A DNA stretch of 64,000 bases from an uncultured Alphaproteobacteria bacterium (GCA_963807175.1 CAWEAC010000005.1:43130-107129), one strand, 5' to 3'. Counted from the stretch's first letter, positions 10,535-21,240 are shown. Made by a program: numbers and translations. The notes: generated by a model not told the origin, from the letters alone.

Positions 10535-11230
10535 ATGTTTGAGCTTTCCCCCCAGGACTGGACCGCCGTCGCGCTGTCGCTGCGCATCGCCACTGTGGCG
10601 ACGCTGGTGTCGCTGCCGTTCGGCATCGCCATCGCCACGCTACTTGCGCGCCGAAATTTCTGGGGCAAGACGCTGGTCGATGCGGTCATCTACCTGCCGC
10701 TGGTGCTGCCGCCGGTCGTCACCGGCTACCTGCTGCTCATCACGCTCGGACGGCATGCGCCGGTCGGCGCGTTCCTCGCCGATCATTTCGGCATCGTGTT
10801 TGCGTTCCGCTGGACCGGCGCGGTCATCTCCTGCGGCGTCATGGCGTTTCCGCTGATGGTGCGCGCCATCCGCCTGTCGATCGAGGCGATCGACCGACGG
10901 CTGGAGGACGCCGCCGCGACGCTCGGCGCCGGTCCGTTCTGGAATTTTGCCACCGTCACGCTGCCGTTGGCGCTGCCGGGCATCATCGCCGGCGCCATGC
11001 TCGCCTTTGCGCGCGCGCTCGGCGAGTTCGGCGCCACCATCACCTTCGTCTCCAACATTCCCGGCGAGACGCAAACCATCTCGGCGGCGATCTACACCCT
11101 GACGCAGGTGCCCGGCGGCGACAGCGCGGCGCTTTCCTTGGTCGTCGTGGCGGTGGTCATTTCGCTCGCCGCGCTGGTCGCCTCGGAATGGCTGGCGCGG
11201 CGGGCCACCGCGCGCTTGCACGGGGCCTGA
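10535..11230 (+). CDS. modB: Molybdate ABC transporter permease
   Basis: LPLVLPPVVTGY, LEDAAATLGA and FARALGEFGATI motifs. Confidence 0.93.
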   Translation: MFELSPQDWTAVALSLRIATVATLVSLPFGIAIATLLARRNFWGKTLVDAVIYLPLVLPPVVTGYLLLITLGRHAPVGAFLADHFGIVFAFRWTGAVISCGVMAFPLMVRAIRLSIEAIDRRLEDAAATLGAGPFWNFATVTLPLALPGIIAGAMLAFARALGEFGATITFVSNIPGETQTISAAIYTLTQVPGGDSAALSLVVVAVVISLAALVASEWLARRATARLHGA

Positions 11231-11233
11231 CCG

Positions 11234-11899
11234 ATGCTCGTTGTCGATGTCGAGAAAACGCTCGGTGAATTTGCCCTGCATGCTGCCTTCGAAGCCGCGG
11301 GCGGCGCCACCGCTTTGTTCGGCCCCTCGGGCGCCGGCAAGACCAGCCTGATCAACATGGTCGCCGGCCTGCTGCGGCCAGACCGCGGCCGCATCGTCCT
11401 CGACGGCGAGACCTTGTTCGACGCGGCAAAGCGCATCGACGTGCCGGCCTGGCGGCGGCGCATCGGTTGCGTGTTCCAGGAGGGCCGGCTGTTCCCGCAT
11501 CTCTCGGTCAGGCACAATCTCGATTACGGACGCTGGATGGGCGGCCACGACGCCGATCCGGCGGCCTTCGCCCATGTCGTCGAACTGCTCGACATCGACG
11601 CGCTGCTCGACCGGCGGCCGGGCAAGCTCTCGGGCGGCGAGCGCCAACGCGTCGCGGTCGGACGCGCGCTGCTGATGCGGCCGCGCCTGCTGCTCTTGGA
11701 CGAGCCGCTCGCCTCGCTCGACGAAGCGCGGAAGGCCGGCATCCTGCCTTACCTGGAACGGCTACGCGACGAGGCCAAGGTGCCGATGATCTATGTCAGC
11801 CACGATGCGGCGGAAGTGAAGCGCATCGCCAGCCGCGTGGTACGGCTCGACGGCGGCAAGGTGACGGCGGCCGGCGGAGCGGAATTGCTGGCGGTCTGA
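11234..11899 (+). CDS. modC: Molybdate ABC transporter ATPase (short, no TOBE domain)
   Basis: Walker [29 protein letters not shown] and LLLDEP. Confidence 0.9.
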   Translation: MLVVDVEKTLGEFALHAAFEAAGGATALFGPSGAGKTSLINMVAGLLRPDRGRIVLDGETLFDAAKRIDVPAWRRRIGCVFQEGRLFPHLSVRHNLDYGRWMGGHDADPAAFAHVVELLDIDALLDRRPGKLSGGERQRVAVGRALLMRPRLLLLDEPLASLDEARKAGILPYLERLRDEAKVPMIYVSHDAAEVKRIASRVVRLDGGKVTAAGGAELLAV

Positions 11900-11917
11900 A
11901 CGGTGTATGGTGGCGCC

Positions 11918-12736
11918 ATGTTCCCGCCCGAACGCATAGTCTGCCTGACCGAGGAGACCGTGGAGACGCTTTATCTCCTCGGCGAGGAGCGCCGCATCGT
12001 CGGCGTGTCCGGCTATGCGGTGCGCCCGCCGCAGGTGCGCAAGGAAAAGCCGCGCGTGTCGGCGTTCATTTCCGCCGACGTGCCGAAGATTCTGGCGCTC
12101 AAGCCGGACCTGGTGCTGACATTCTCCGATCTGCAAGCCGACATCGTCGCCGACCTGGTGCGCGCCAATGTCGCCGTGCACGCCTTCAACCAGCGCGACG
12201 TCGCCGGCATCTTCGACATGATCCGCACGCTCGGCGCGCTGGTCGGCGCGGCGGACAAGGCGGAAGTGCTCGCCAATTCGCTCGCCGCCCGCGTCAATTC
12301 CGTGCACGAGCGCAGCCTTCACCTGCCGCGGCATCCGCGGGTCTATTTCGAGGAATGGGACGAGCCGATGATCTCCGGCCTGCGCTGGGTGTCGGAACTG
12401 ATCGAGGCCGGCGGCGGTGTCGAGGTGTTCCCGCAACTGGCCGTCCGCAAGAACGCCAAGGACCGCATCGTCTCGCCTGCCGACGTGATCGCCGCCGCGC
12501 CCGACATCATCATCGGCTCCTGGTGCGGCAAGAAATTCGTGCCGGCACGGGTCGCCGCCCGGCCGGGCTTTGCCGAGGTTCCGGCGGTCGCCACCGGCTG
12601 GCTGCGCGAGATCAAATCGACGCTGATCCTGCAACCGGGCCCGGCGGCGCTTACCGACGGACTCGACCGGCTCGCCGCGATCATTACCGAATGGGCTGAA
12701 AATCGGGCGCCGGAGGCCGAAGAAAAGGCAGGCTAG
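11918..12736 (+). CDS. BtuF-like cobalamin/iron-chelate binding protein
   Basis: PERIVCLTEE, LKPDLVL, RVYFEEWDEP and APDIIIGSWCG match periplasmic binding protein class III. No signal peptide is apparent. Confidence 0.7.
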   Translation: MFPPERIVCLTEETVETLYLLGEERRIVGVSGYAVRPPQVRKEKPRVSAFISADVPKILALKPDLVLTFSDLQADIVADLVRANVAVHAFNQRDVAGIFDMIRTLGALVGAADKAEVLANSLAARVNSVHERSLHLPRHPRVYFEEWDEPMISGLRWVSELIEAGGGVEVFPQLAVRKNAKDRIVSPADVIAAAPDIIIGSWCGKKFVPARVAARPGFAEVPAVATGWLREIKSTLILQPGPAALTDGLDRLAAIITEWAENRAPEAEEKAG

Positions 12737-12790
12737 CGCGTGAAATTATCCGCCGAACGTGCTAAGAGTGGCCCGCGCAAAGCAGAGGAC

Positions 12791-13345
12791 ATGACCGCAA
12801 TGCAGCCGAACAAAGCCCGTACCGACCTGTTGATGGATCTGGGTCTGGTGGCCTTCCTGGTCGCCTTCGACGTGATAGCAAGGCTGGTGCCGCATGCGCC
12901 GGGCTTCATGCCGATCGCCGCCAGTGCGCTGTTCGCTGGCCGGGTGCTACGCATCCCGGCGCTCGCGCCGGTGGTGCCGATTGCCGCCATGGTGCTCAGC
13001 GCCTTGGCGCTCGGTCCCGACGACTGGCGGATTTCGCTGATCGTCACCCTGGCGATTTCGCTGCCGGCCCTCGTCGGCATCGTTTCGCGGCGCTGGCCCG
13101 GCATCGCGGCAACGGTGGCCGTCATGGTGCCCTGCTCGCTCGCCTTCTTCGCCATCTCGAATTTCGCGGTCTGGGCCTTCAGCGGGGTGTACAGCCTCGA
13201 CTTCGCGGGCCTGACTCAGTGTTACGTGGCCGCGCTGCCGTTCCTGCAAAACACCGTGGCAGGCGACCTGTTCTGGACCGCCGTGCTGTTCGGCGCCGCC
13301 TGGGCCATTCAGAACGGAGCGATGCTGGCGGGCCGCGCGCGGTAA
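12791..13345 (+). CDS. DUF6580-like putative transport membrane protein
   Basis: RLVPHAPGFMPIAASALFAG...SNFAVW...CYVAALPF...GDLFW, with about 5 hydrophobic segments. Confidence 0.6.
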   Translation: MTAMQPNKARTDLLMDLGLVAFLVAFDVIARLVPHAPGFMPIAASALFAGRVLRIPALAPVVPIAAMVLSALALGPDDWRISLIVTLAISLPALVGIVSRRWPGIAATVAVMVPCSLAFFAISNFAVWAFSGVYSLDFAGLTQCYVAALPFLQNTVAGDLFWTAVLFGAAWAIQNGAMLAGRAR

Positions 13346-13358
13346 GACTCTAAATTTT

Positions 13359-13407
13359 GCGCGCGATCTTATCCGAAAACCGGTTCCCACTTTTCGGGAT
13401 CGCGCGC
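13359..13407. repeat. Short palindromic repeat, full copy
   Basis: GCGCGCGATCTTATCCGAAAACCGGTTCCCACTTTTCGGGATCGCGCGC; the arms are imperfectly self-complementary. Confidence 0.75.
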
Positions 13408-15185
13408 TAGCCGATCCACTTCTGCAATCGCGTCCACCATGACTTGAGCCAGCCGCCGAGGTCGGCTGTCTCCTCCGGCTCGGCCAGCCGCAGGCCAACG
13501 GTGGTGACGCGGCTATTGGCGACTTTGTGCGCCAACAAGGCGATCGGTCCGAGCTGGACGATGTCGCCGGTCCTGGCCGGACGGCGGAGCTGCCCGGTGA
13601 AGAAGTCGGCCAGCGTCACCTCCATATGATCGGCGGCGACCTGCAGACCGTAGATGTCGGCCAGCGCGCCGAGGGCTGCGTCACCCGGCACGAAAAAATC
13701 GCCGAGCAGCCGCGGATCGGGCGCGGCCGGCGGCGGCATCCTGACGAAAAAGCGGTCGAGCGCCTGCGCCTTCTCTGGCGGTGCCAGCAGATAGACATAG
13801 TCGCCCTCGCGCACCGGGTGGGCTTCCGCCGGCGTGAGGATTTCCTCGTTGCGTACGACCAGAGTCGGCCGCGCCCAGTTCGGGATCAGGCCGCGGCGCA
13901 GGAACGGGCTGTTGGCCGGCACCGGATAGCCGACGATTTCGCGCGTCAATTGGCCCGGCAGATCGAGCTCGACGCGGCGCGGTAGCGGATCGCTGCGCGC
14001 GAACGACATGTCGAGCTTGCGGGCCGCGAAGGCCACGCTCCAGCCCTGGATCAGCAGCGACGACAACACGACCACGAAGGCGACGTCGAAGAACAGATAC
14101 GCGGTCGGCAAACCGACTAATAGCGGAATGGAGGCAAGGAAAATCGCCACCGCGCCGCGCAAGCCGACCCAGGACACGAACAATTTCTCGCGCCACTGGA
14201 AACCAAACGGAGCGAGGCAGAGGAACACCGCGACCGGCCGCGCCACCAGCATCAGAAATAGCGCGATCACAACGGCGCCGAACAGGCTGTCGCCTATCCG
14301 TTGCGGCCACACCAACAGGCCGAGCAGCACGAACATCACGATCTGCGCCAGCCACGTCACCGCATCGAGAAATACCACGACGGAATTATGCGCGCGCGTC
14401 TGCCGGTTGCCCACGACCAGTCCAGCCAGATAGACCGCGAGGAAGCCGGAGGAATGCACCACGTTGGCGAATGCGAAAACGACCAACGCGCTCACCGCCA
14501 CGAACGGCGCATGCAAGCCTTGCGGCAGGGCAAGGCGGTTGAGCACCAGCGTGATGATCCGCCCGCCGGCGACGCCGATTATGCAGCCGAGCACGGTGTC
14601 GCGCACGAAGGTGATCAGCGCATGCGACCAGCTCTGGTCCCCGGCCAGCAGGAACTCCACCAGAATCAATGTGAGAAAGACCGCGAATGGATCGTTGGTG
14701 CCGGATTCGACCTCCAGCGTCGCGCGCACGCGTGGGCGCAGCCTTAAGCCCCGCGAATTGATCAGCAGGAACACAGCCGCCGCGTCGGTGGAAGCCACTA
14801 CCGCACCGACCAGCAAAGCCTGCAGCCAGCCGATGCCGAGAACCAGCTTGGCGAGCGGCGCGGTCAGCAAGGTGGTAATCAGGACACCGACGGTCGCCAG
14901 CGTCGCCGCCGGCGCCAGCACGTTGCGGAAGGTGGCGAGCCGCGTGCGCAATCCGCCGTCGAACAGGATCAGCGCGAGCGCAATCGAACCGACCAAGTAG
15001 GTCGCGCCGACATTGTCGAACTTCAGCCCGCCGGGACCGCCCTCGCCGGCCAGCATGCCGAGCAGCAGGAACACCAGCAGCAGCGGCGCGCCGAAGCGCA
15101 ACGCGACCAGACTCGACAGGATGCCGGCCAGCACCAGCAGGCTGCCGAGCAGAATGGCGATACTGAAGGCGTCGAGCGAGGCCAT
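13407..15185 (-). CDS. Potassium/proton antiporter (CvrA/NhaP2, CPA1 family)
   Basis: GAPLLLVFL, ILFDGGL, STDAAAVF, LEVESGTNDP and GLRGAV motifs, with a C-terminal TrkA-C/CorC-like region. GGAGGAG RBS upstream. Confidence 0.9.
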   Translation of the reverse strand: MASLDAFSIAILLGSLLVLAGILSSLVALRFGAPLLLVFLLLGMLAGEGGPGGLKFDNVGATYLVGSIALALILFDGGLRTRLATFRNVLAPAATLATVGVLITTLLTAPLAKLVLGIGWLQALLVGAVVASTDAAAVFLLINSRGLRLRPRVRATLEVESGTNDPFAVFLTLILVEFLLAGDQSWSHALITFVRDTVLGCIIGVAGGRIITLVLNRLALPQGLHAPFVAVSALVVFAFANVVHSSGFLAVYLAGLVVGNRQTRAHNSVVVFLDAVTWLAQIVMFVLLGLLVWPQRIGDSLFGAVVIALFLMLVARPVAVFLCLAPFGFQWREKLFVSWVGLRGAVAIFLASIPLLVGLPTAYLFFDVAFVVVLSSLLIQGWSVAFAARKLDMSFARSDPLPRRVELDLPGQLTREIVGYPVPANSPFLRRGLIPNWARPTLVVRNEEILTPAEAHPVREGDYVYLLAPPEKAQALDRFFVRMPPPAAPDPRLLGDFFVPGDAALGALADIYGLQVAADHMEVTLADFFTGQLRRPARTGDIVQLGPIALLAHKVANSRVTTVGLRLAEPEETADLGGWLKSWWTRLQKWIG

Positions 15186-15243
15186 GCTCACGAATCTCCT
15201 CCGGCTATAGGAAGGTTTCGCGTAGCGAAGAGCAATGCCAATT

Positions 15244-15318
15244 CCGCTCGTCCCCGCGGAAGCGGTGACCCAGTTCTTTGCCAAAGGACCAGATCCCCGC
15301 TTCCGCGGAAATGAACGG
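15244..15318. repeat. REP-like palindromic repeat (CCCCGCGGAAGCGG...CCCCGCTTCCGCGG)
   Basis: Paired hairpin arms in inverted orientation in the intergenic gap. Confidence 0.65.
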
Positions 15319-15346
15319 GAGAATGTCGCGACCCCGGTAGAACGAC

Positions 15347-16282
15347 TTAAAACGCCACTTTATCTCCGCCCTTGAGCGACAAGATCTCGCGCGCTTCGTC
15401 CGAGGACGCGATCTCGAGCCCGAGGCCTTCGAGTATCTTGCGCACTTGCGTGACCTGCTGGGCGTTGGATTCGGCGAGTTTGCCGGCGCCGATCCAAAGC
15501 GAATCCTCCATGCCGACCCGCACATTGCCGCCCATGGCCGCGGCTTGCGCCGCGATCCGCATCTGATTGGCGCCGGCGCCCAACACCGACCAGTGGTAAT
15601 TGTCGCCAAGTAGGCGATCGGCGGTGCGCTTCATCATCATGACGTCCTCGGGGTGCGCCCCGATGCCGCCGAGGATGCCGAACACCGACTGCACGAACAG
15701 CGGCGGCTTGACCAGCCCGCGGTCGAGGAACTGCCGCAGCGTGTAGAGATGGCCGATGTCGTAGCACTCGATCTCGAAGCGGGTGTTGTTGTCGGCGCAG
15801 GTGCTGAGGATGTATTCGATGTCGGCGAAGGTGTTCTTGAACATGCCTTTACGCGAACCTTCCAGATATGGCTCTTCCCAGTCGTATTTAAATTTTCCCT
15901 TGTAGCGCGGGATCATCGGGAACAATCCGAAATTCATCGTGCCCATGTTGAGCGAGGCGACTTCCGGCTTGAAGGTCGCGGCCGGACGCACACGCTCCTC
16001 GGCGGTCATAGTCGGCGCGCCACCGGTGGTGATGTTCACCACCACGTTGGAGCGCTGCTTGATCACCTTGAGGAAAGGCGCGAAGGCTTCCGGCGACTGA
16101 TCGGGACGGCCGTCCTGCGGGTTGCGCGCATGCAAATGAACGATAGCCGCCCCCGCCTCGGCCGCCCCGATGGCGGCATCGGCGATCTGCTCGGCCGTGA
16201 CCGGCAGATGCGGCGACATCGAAGGCGTGTGAATCGAGCCGGTTACGGCACAAGTAATGATGACTTTGCGTGATTTCGCCAT
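15347..16282 (-). CDS. 3-keto-5-aminohexanoate cleavage enzyme family (BKACE/Kce)
   Basis: IITCAVTG, AGAAIVHLHAR, PEVASLNMG, FEIECYD and GGNVRVGMED motifs. Confidence 0.9.
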   Translation of the reverse strand: MAKSRKVIITCAVTGSIHTPSMSPHLPVTAEQIADAAIGAAEAGAAIVHLHARNPQDGRPDQSPEAFAPFLKVIKQRSNVVVNITTGGAPTMTAEERVRPAATFKPEVASLNMGTMNFGLFPMIPRYKGKFKYDWEEPYLEGSRKGMFKNTFADIEYILSTCADNNTRFEIECYDIGHLYTLRQFLDRGLVKPPLFVQSVFGILGGIGAHPEDVMMMKRTADRLLGDNYHWSVLGAGANQMRIAAQAAAMGGNVRVGMEDSLWIGAGKLAESNAQQVTQVRKILEGLGLEIASSDEAREILSLKGGDKVAF

Positions 16283-16385
16283 GAGCCTTCCATCCCGGTG
16301 AAGTGACAGTTTTGTATTCGCGATTGGACTTGGACGACGATCCTAGAGTATCAGCCGTGTTCAAGTCACCTATGACGGACATGCC

Positions 16386-17288
16386 GTGGACGATAAAACC
16401 CAGACTGCGGCGCCGAAATCTTCCGGCCTCCTGATCGGCACATTGTGCGGCATCGGCGCGAGCGCGGCGTGGGCTGCCGGCTTCGTGGCCGCCAAGCACG
16501 GTATTTCCGTCGGATTTAGTCCGGCCGATCTCGCCTTTCATCGCTTCTTTTGGTCCGGCTTGCTGCTGATGCCGCTGGTGTTCCGCGACGGCATCAAGGA
16601 CCTCGGCGGCGTCGGCTGGGGCCGCAGTCTGGTGATGAGCGTGCTGTCAGGCCCGCCGCAGGCCTTCATCGCCTATAGCGGGTATCTGCTGGTGCCGCTC
16701 GGTCATGGCACCACCATTCAGCCCGCCTGTGCCGCGCTGTTCGGACTGATCCTCGCCACGCTGGTGTTAGGCGAGCGGCCGACGATGACACGCATCGCGG
16801 GCGGCATGACGATCATCATAGGGCTCATGGTGTACGGATTTGAATCGCTCACCACCATCGGCAATCACGGCGTCGGCGGCGATCTGCTGTTTGCCACCGC
16901 CGGCGTGTTCTGGGCGACGTTCGGCATTCTGCTGCGGACCTGGCGTGTGTCGGGCGTGCGCGCCATCGCGGCCGTCGGCGCATTGTCGATCCTGGTATTC
17001 GCGCCGCTGTATGGCGTGCTTGCCGGCTTTGACGGACTGCTGCGCATGAGTCTGGCCGAAAACCTATTGCAGGTCGCGGTGCAAGGCGTGATCGCCGGCG
17101 CGCTGCCGATTTTCCTGTTCGCGCGCACGGTGATCCTGCTCGGCGCCGGGCGCGCGGCGGTATTTCCCGCCCTGGTGCCAGGCTTTGGATTGATCATCGG
17201 CTATCTGGCGCTCGGCGTGGTGCCGACCCTCGCGCAACTCATCGGCCTCGTGATTGTCGTGGTCGGCTTCCGCTTTGCGCTGAGATAA
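16386..17288 (+). CDS. DMT/EamA family transporter
   Basis: About 10 hydrophobic segments in two repeated halves. GTG start. Confidence 0.8.
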   Translation: MDDKTQTAAPKSSGLLIGTLCGIGASAAWAAGFVAAKHGISVGFSPADLAFHRFFWSGLLLMPLVFRDGIKDLGGVGWGRSLVMSVLSGPPQAFIAYSGYLLVPLGHGTTIQPACAALFGLILATLVLGERPTMTRIAGGMTIIIGLMVYGFESLTTIGNHGVGGDLLFATAGVFWATFGILLRTWRVSGVRAIAAVGALSILVFAPLYGVLAGFDGLLRMSLAENLLQVAVQGVIAGALPIFLFARTVILLGAGRAAVFPALVPGFGLIIGYLALGVVPTLAQLIGLVIVVVGFRFALR

Positions 17289-17289
17289 A

Positions 17290-18522
17290 TCATTCGGGCC
17301 CGGCGTATTTTCCCGCCGTTTCCGGGAACATGTTCTTGATGATCTTGAATTTCGAGATGTCGACGGTCGCATCCATGTGCATGAAGATGACGGCGTCGCG
17401 CAGCACCTTCTCGATGCCGAAATCGAGCATGATGCCGTTGCCGCCGTGCAATTCGACCGCGTGCTGCGCGACCTTCATGATCTCTTCCGAGGCAAACATC
17501 TTGGCCATGTTGACCAGTGTCTCCGCCGCAGGCGCGTTTTCATCCACCGCGGCCGAGGCGCGATCGAGCAGCGCGCGCACCGCCTCGATCTTGGTCGCCA
17601 TGTCGGCAAGCCGCAGCGCCACCGCCTGATGCTTGATCAGGATGCGGCCGCCCTGCACGTAGTTCTGCACGTACTCGGCGGTGGCCTCGAACGCGCGCAC
17701 GCCGACGCCGAGATTCTTGGCGGCCTGGATGATCTTGCCCGGTCGGAAATAGACGCCGGCCGAGCCCATCGCTGAGTCCTGCACCAGCAACTGGTCGTCG
17801 GGGATGAACATGTCCTCGAACAACATCTCGCCGTTGTTCATGAAGCGGCAGCCGAGCGTCTCGTTGCAGCGCGCGACCGTGAAGCCCTTGGTGTCGCGCG
17901 GCACCAGGAACGACGAGGTACCCTGCAACATGCCGACCTTGGGATTGGTGTTGGCGTAGACGACGTAGAGCGAGGCGTCGTAGCCATTGGAGATGAATTG
18001 CTTGCGCCCATTGATGATCCAGCCGCCGTTGGTCTTCACGGCCTTCGTCTGCATCGCCGCTTCCGGCACGTTATACGGCAGCCAGCGGTCGGACGCGCCG
18101 CGCGGCTCGGTCAGGCAATGCGCCATCAGGAATTGCGGCTCGGCGACCAGACGCTTGAACCAGTGCTCCTGATGATGCTTGGGCGCGAACTGGCGCAGCA
18201 GCACCGAGACCTTCCAGTTCTGCACCAGCTTGTCGGCCAGGCCCGAATCGCCGCGGGCGATTTCCTCGGCGACAAGGGCGAAGGTCCGCACTTCGGTGCC
18301 CTTTTCCAGTTCCACCCCGCCGTATTCTTCCGGCACGCCCAGAGTCCGGATGCCGACCTTCTCGGCGCCTTCCAGGATCGAGAGCGGCAGCCGCTCCTCC
18401 GGCACCATCGACCATTCTTTCTGCCAATTCTTCTTGATGTAGGGCAGAACCATATCATCGACGAAATCATGGCAGCTCTGCCGCATCATCTTTTGTTCTT
18501 CGGACAAACCCCGGTCGTACAT
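17290..18522 (-). CDS. Acyl-CoA dehydrogenase
   Basis: CLTEPRGASD, INGRKQFISNG, QGGRILIKHQAV and HGGNG motifs. Start placed at MYDRGLSEEQ. Confidence 0.88.
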   Translation of the reverse strand: MYDRGLSEEQKMMRQSCHDFVDDMVLPYIKKNWQKEWSMVPEERLPLSILEGAEKVGIRTLGVPEEYGGVELEKGTEVRTFALVAEEIARGDSGLADKLVQNWKVSVLLRQFAPKHHQEHWFKRLVAEPQFLMAHCLTEPRGASDRWLPYNVPEAAMQTKAVKTNGGWIINGRKQFISNGYDASLYVVYANTNPKVGMLQGTSSFLVPRDTKGFTVARCNETLGCRFMNNGEMLFEDMFIPDDQLLVQDSAMGSAGVYFRPGKIIQAAKNLGVGVRAFEATAEYVQNYVQGGRILIKHQAVALRLADMATKIEAVRALLDRASAAVDENAPAAETLVNMAKMFASEEIMKVAQHAVELHGGNGIMLDFGIEKVLRDAVIFMHMDATVDISKFKIIKNMFPETAGKYAGPE

Positions 18523-18642
18523 GTGCATAACCCCTGACTGCCTGCCGCGGCGGATGCCGGGAGCCGGCTCGATCTGATATTGGTCCGGATCGCAGGCAAA
18601 TTCCAAGAGCCCCGGATGGAATGGGCTCGACCGGAGCGCGGA

Positions 18643-19968
18643 ATGGACGAGGTGCACCAGTTGGCCGGCACCATCGGCGACACCCTGCAGGCATTCGGCC
18701 GCGAATTTAGCTCGCTCCGGTTGCTGGGCCAGCTCGGCCTGATCGCGCTCGCCGCCGTGATCGCCACGGTGGCCGCCACGCTTATCCGCCGCCGCGTCGA
18801 GCTCAACGCCCTAACTCTGGGCTGGCCGCAGTTCCTGCAAACCGTGGCGCGGCTGCTGCTGGCCAATCTCGGCAGCATGATTTTCGTGCTGACCATGGTT
18901 ATCATGCAGGCCGCCACGGTCTCGCTGGACCTCCAGGGCCGATTCAATCTGCTCCACGTCGCCGCCAGCCTCGTCACCGCCTGGGTGGTGATCGCGCTGG
19001 TGGCCGGGCTGATCCGCAACCAGTTCGTCTACCGGCTGGTGGCGGCGTCGGCCTGGACGATCGCGGCGCTCAGCATCCTCGGCCTGCTGCAGCCGACCAT
19101 GACCACGCTAAATTCGTTCGCGATCGTGATCGGCGGCCTGCGCGTCACGCCGCTTCTGGTGATCAAGACCTCGGTCCTGCTGATGCTCACGCTGTGGGCG
19201 GCGAACACGGCCAGCGATTTCCTCGACCGGCGCGTGCAATCGAGCGCCGATTTGACGCCGTCGATCCAGGTGCTGATCGGCAAGTTGATCCGTCTGCTGC
19301 TCATCACGTTTGCCATCCTGATCGCGCTCTCGACCGTCGGCATCGATTTTTCCGCGCTCGCGCTCTTTTCCGGCGCGGTCGGCGTCGGGCTCGGCTTCGG
19401 ACTGCAGAAAATCGTCTCCAATTTGGTGAGCGGGATCATTCTGCTCGCCGACAAGTCGATCAAGCCGGGCGACGTGATCTCGGTCGGCGACAGTTTCGGC
19501 TGGGTCGGCTCGATGGGCGCGCGTTACACCTCGATCGTCACCCGCGAAGGCCGCGAATTCCTCATTCCCAATGAGGACTTCGTCACCCAACGGGTGATCA
19601 ACTGGTCTTATTCCAACGACGAGGTTCGCCTCGACGTGGCGTTCGGCGTTTCCTATGCGAGCGATCCACACAAGATCTGCCAGATCGCCATGGAAGCGAC
19701 GAAGACGGTGCCGCGCGTGCTGATCTCGCCGGCGCCGGTCTGCCATCTCAAGGCCTTCGGCAACTCCTCGCTCGATTTCACGCTGCGCTTCTGGATCCGC
19801 GACCCGGTGGACGGCGTCACCAATGTGCGCGGGCAGGTCTTGCTGGCGCTGTGGGATGCCTTCAAACGCGAGGGGATCGAGATTCCCTATCCGGTGCGCG
19901 ACGTGCGCATCACGCAGGCCGCGGTCGAGACAGGCGACAAGAAAGAGCCAAAGCCGGCGCGGGCTTGA
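18643..19968 (+). CDS. MscS family mechanosensitive channel
   Basis: GAVGVGLGFGLQKIVSNLVSG, KPGDVI, LIPNEDF and IEIPYP motifs. Start is uncertain (18580-18643). Confidence 0.88.
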   Translation: MDEVHQLAGTIGDTLQAFGREFSSLRLLGQLGLIALAAVIATVAATLIRRRVELNALTLGWPQFLQTVARLLLANLGSMIFVLTMVIMQAATVSLDLQGRFNLLHVAASLVTAWVVIALVAGLIRNQFVYRLVAASAWTIAALSILGLLQPTMTTLNSFAIVIGGLRVTPLLVIKTSVLLMLTLWAANTASDFLDRRVQSSADLTPSIQVLIGKLIRLLLITFAILIALSTVGIDFSALALFSGAVGVGLGFGLQKIVSNLVSGIILLADKSIKPGDVISVGDSFGWVGSMGARYTSIVTREGREFLIPNEDFVTQRVINWSYSNDEVRLDVAFGVSYASDPHKICQIAMEATKTVPRVLISPAPVCHLKAFGNSSLDFTLRFWIRDPVDGVTNVRGQVLLALWDAFKREGIEIPYPVRDVRITQAAVETGDKKEPKPARA

Positions 19969-19975
19969 GCGAAGC

Positions 19976-21157
19976 TCACGCCGCCTTGCGGCTTGCCAAA
20001 AACTCGCCCATGCGCCCGAGCGCCTTCAGAATGTTCTCGGTCGAGTTGGCGTAAGACAGCCGCACGTAACCCTCGCCCAAAATGCCGAAGTCCGGCCCGC
20101 CGATGATGGCGACGCCAGCGTCTTCCAAGAGCGACGAGGCCAGCGCCTTGGCCTTCCAGCCCGTGCGTTTGATATTGGGGAAGGCATAGAAGGCGCCCTT
20201 CGGCGTCGCGCACGACACGCCGGGCAATTTGTTCAGGCCTTCGACCACCACCTTCCGGCGCTTGTCGAATTCGGCGATCATTTTATGCACTTCGTCCTGC
20301 GGGCCCTTGAGCGCCGCCAACCCGGCATATTGCGCGGACGCATTGACGCAGGAATGCAGATTGACCGCGAGCTTGCGCGCATAGTCGTAGAGCTTGCCCG
20401 GCCACACCGCGTAGCCGAGCCGCCAGCCGGTCATGGCATAGGTTTTCGACCAGCCGTTGAGCAGGATCAGCCGGTCGCGGATCGACGGATAAGTGAGCAG
20501 GCAGACATGAGTCTCGCCGTCGTAGACCATATGATCGTAGATCTCGTCCGACATGATCGCGACGTCCGGCCATTTCTCCAGGCCGGCGACGAGTTTGTCG
20601 ACTTCCGTCTTGCCGGTGACGCCGCCGGTCGGATTGGCCGGCGAATTGAGGATCAACAGCCGCGTCTTTGGCGTGATCAGCTTGAGCGTCTCCTCCGCCG
20701 AGAAGGCAAAGCCGTTTTCCTCGCGGATCGGAACCGGCACGGGCTTGGCGCCGGTGAACTCGATCATCGAGCGGTAGATCGGGAAACCCGGATCGGGATA
20801 CAGGATCTCGACGCCCGGCTCGCCGAACATCAGGATCGACATGAACATGGTCGGCTTGCCGCCCGGCATGATCATCACGCTGTCGGGCGAGACCTCGACC
20901 TTGAAGCGCTTGTGCAGATCGGCCGCCACCGCCTCGCGCAGCGGCGGAATGCCGTTCGCCGGCGTGTAGCCGTGATGACCCTCGCGCAATGCCTTGACCG
21001 CCGCCTCGACGATGAAATCCGGGGTGCGGAAATCGGGCTGGCCGATGCCGAGATTGATTACGTCGCGGCCTTGCGCGATCAAAGCGTTGGCGCGGGCGAG
21101 CACGGCGAAGGCGTTTTCCTCGCCGATGCGGTCGAAGGCCGCAATGGTTTTCAGCAT
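19976..21157 (-). CDS. PLP-dependent aminotransferase class I/II
   Basis: LGIGQPDF, NSPANPTG, SDEIY and GWSKTYAMTGWRLG motifs. Confidence 0.92.
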   Translation of the reverse strand: MLKTIAAFDRIGEENAFAVLARANALIAQGRDVINLGIGQPDFRTPDFIVEAAVKALREGHHGYTPANGIPPLREAVAADLHKRFKVEVSPDSVMIMPGGKPTMFMSILMFGEPGVEILYPDPGFPIYRSMIEFTGAKPVPVPIREENGFAFSAEETLKLITPKTRLLILNSPANPTGGVTGKTEVDKLVAGLEKWPDVAIMSDEIYDHMVYDGETHVCLLTYPSIRDRLILLNGWSKTYAMTGWRLGYAVWPGKLYDYARKLAVNLHSCVNASAQYAGLAALKGPQDEVHKMIAEFDKRRKVVVEGLNKLPGVSCATPKGAFYAFPNIKRTGWKAKALASSLLEDAGVAIIGGPDFGILGEGYVRLSYANSTENILKALGRMGEFLASRKAA

Positions 21158-21240
21158 GTTTCACTCCCCGGCGATCGCAGCCCCAAGGGGCCGGCGCGAA
21201 CCCAAATTCGCGCGCAGTTCACCCGATTGCGCTAAGAAAA

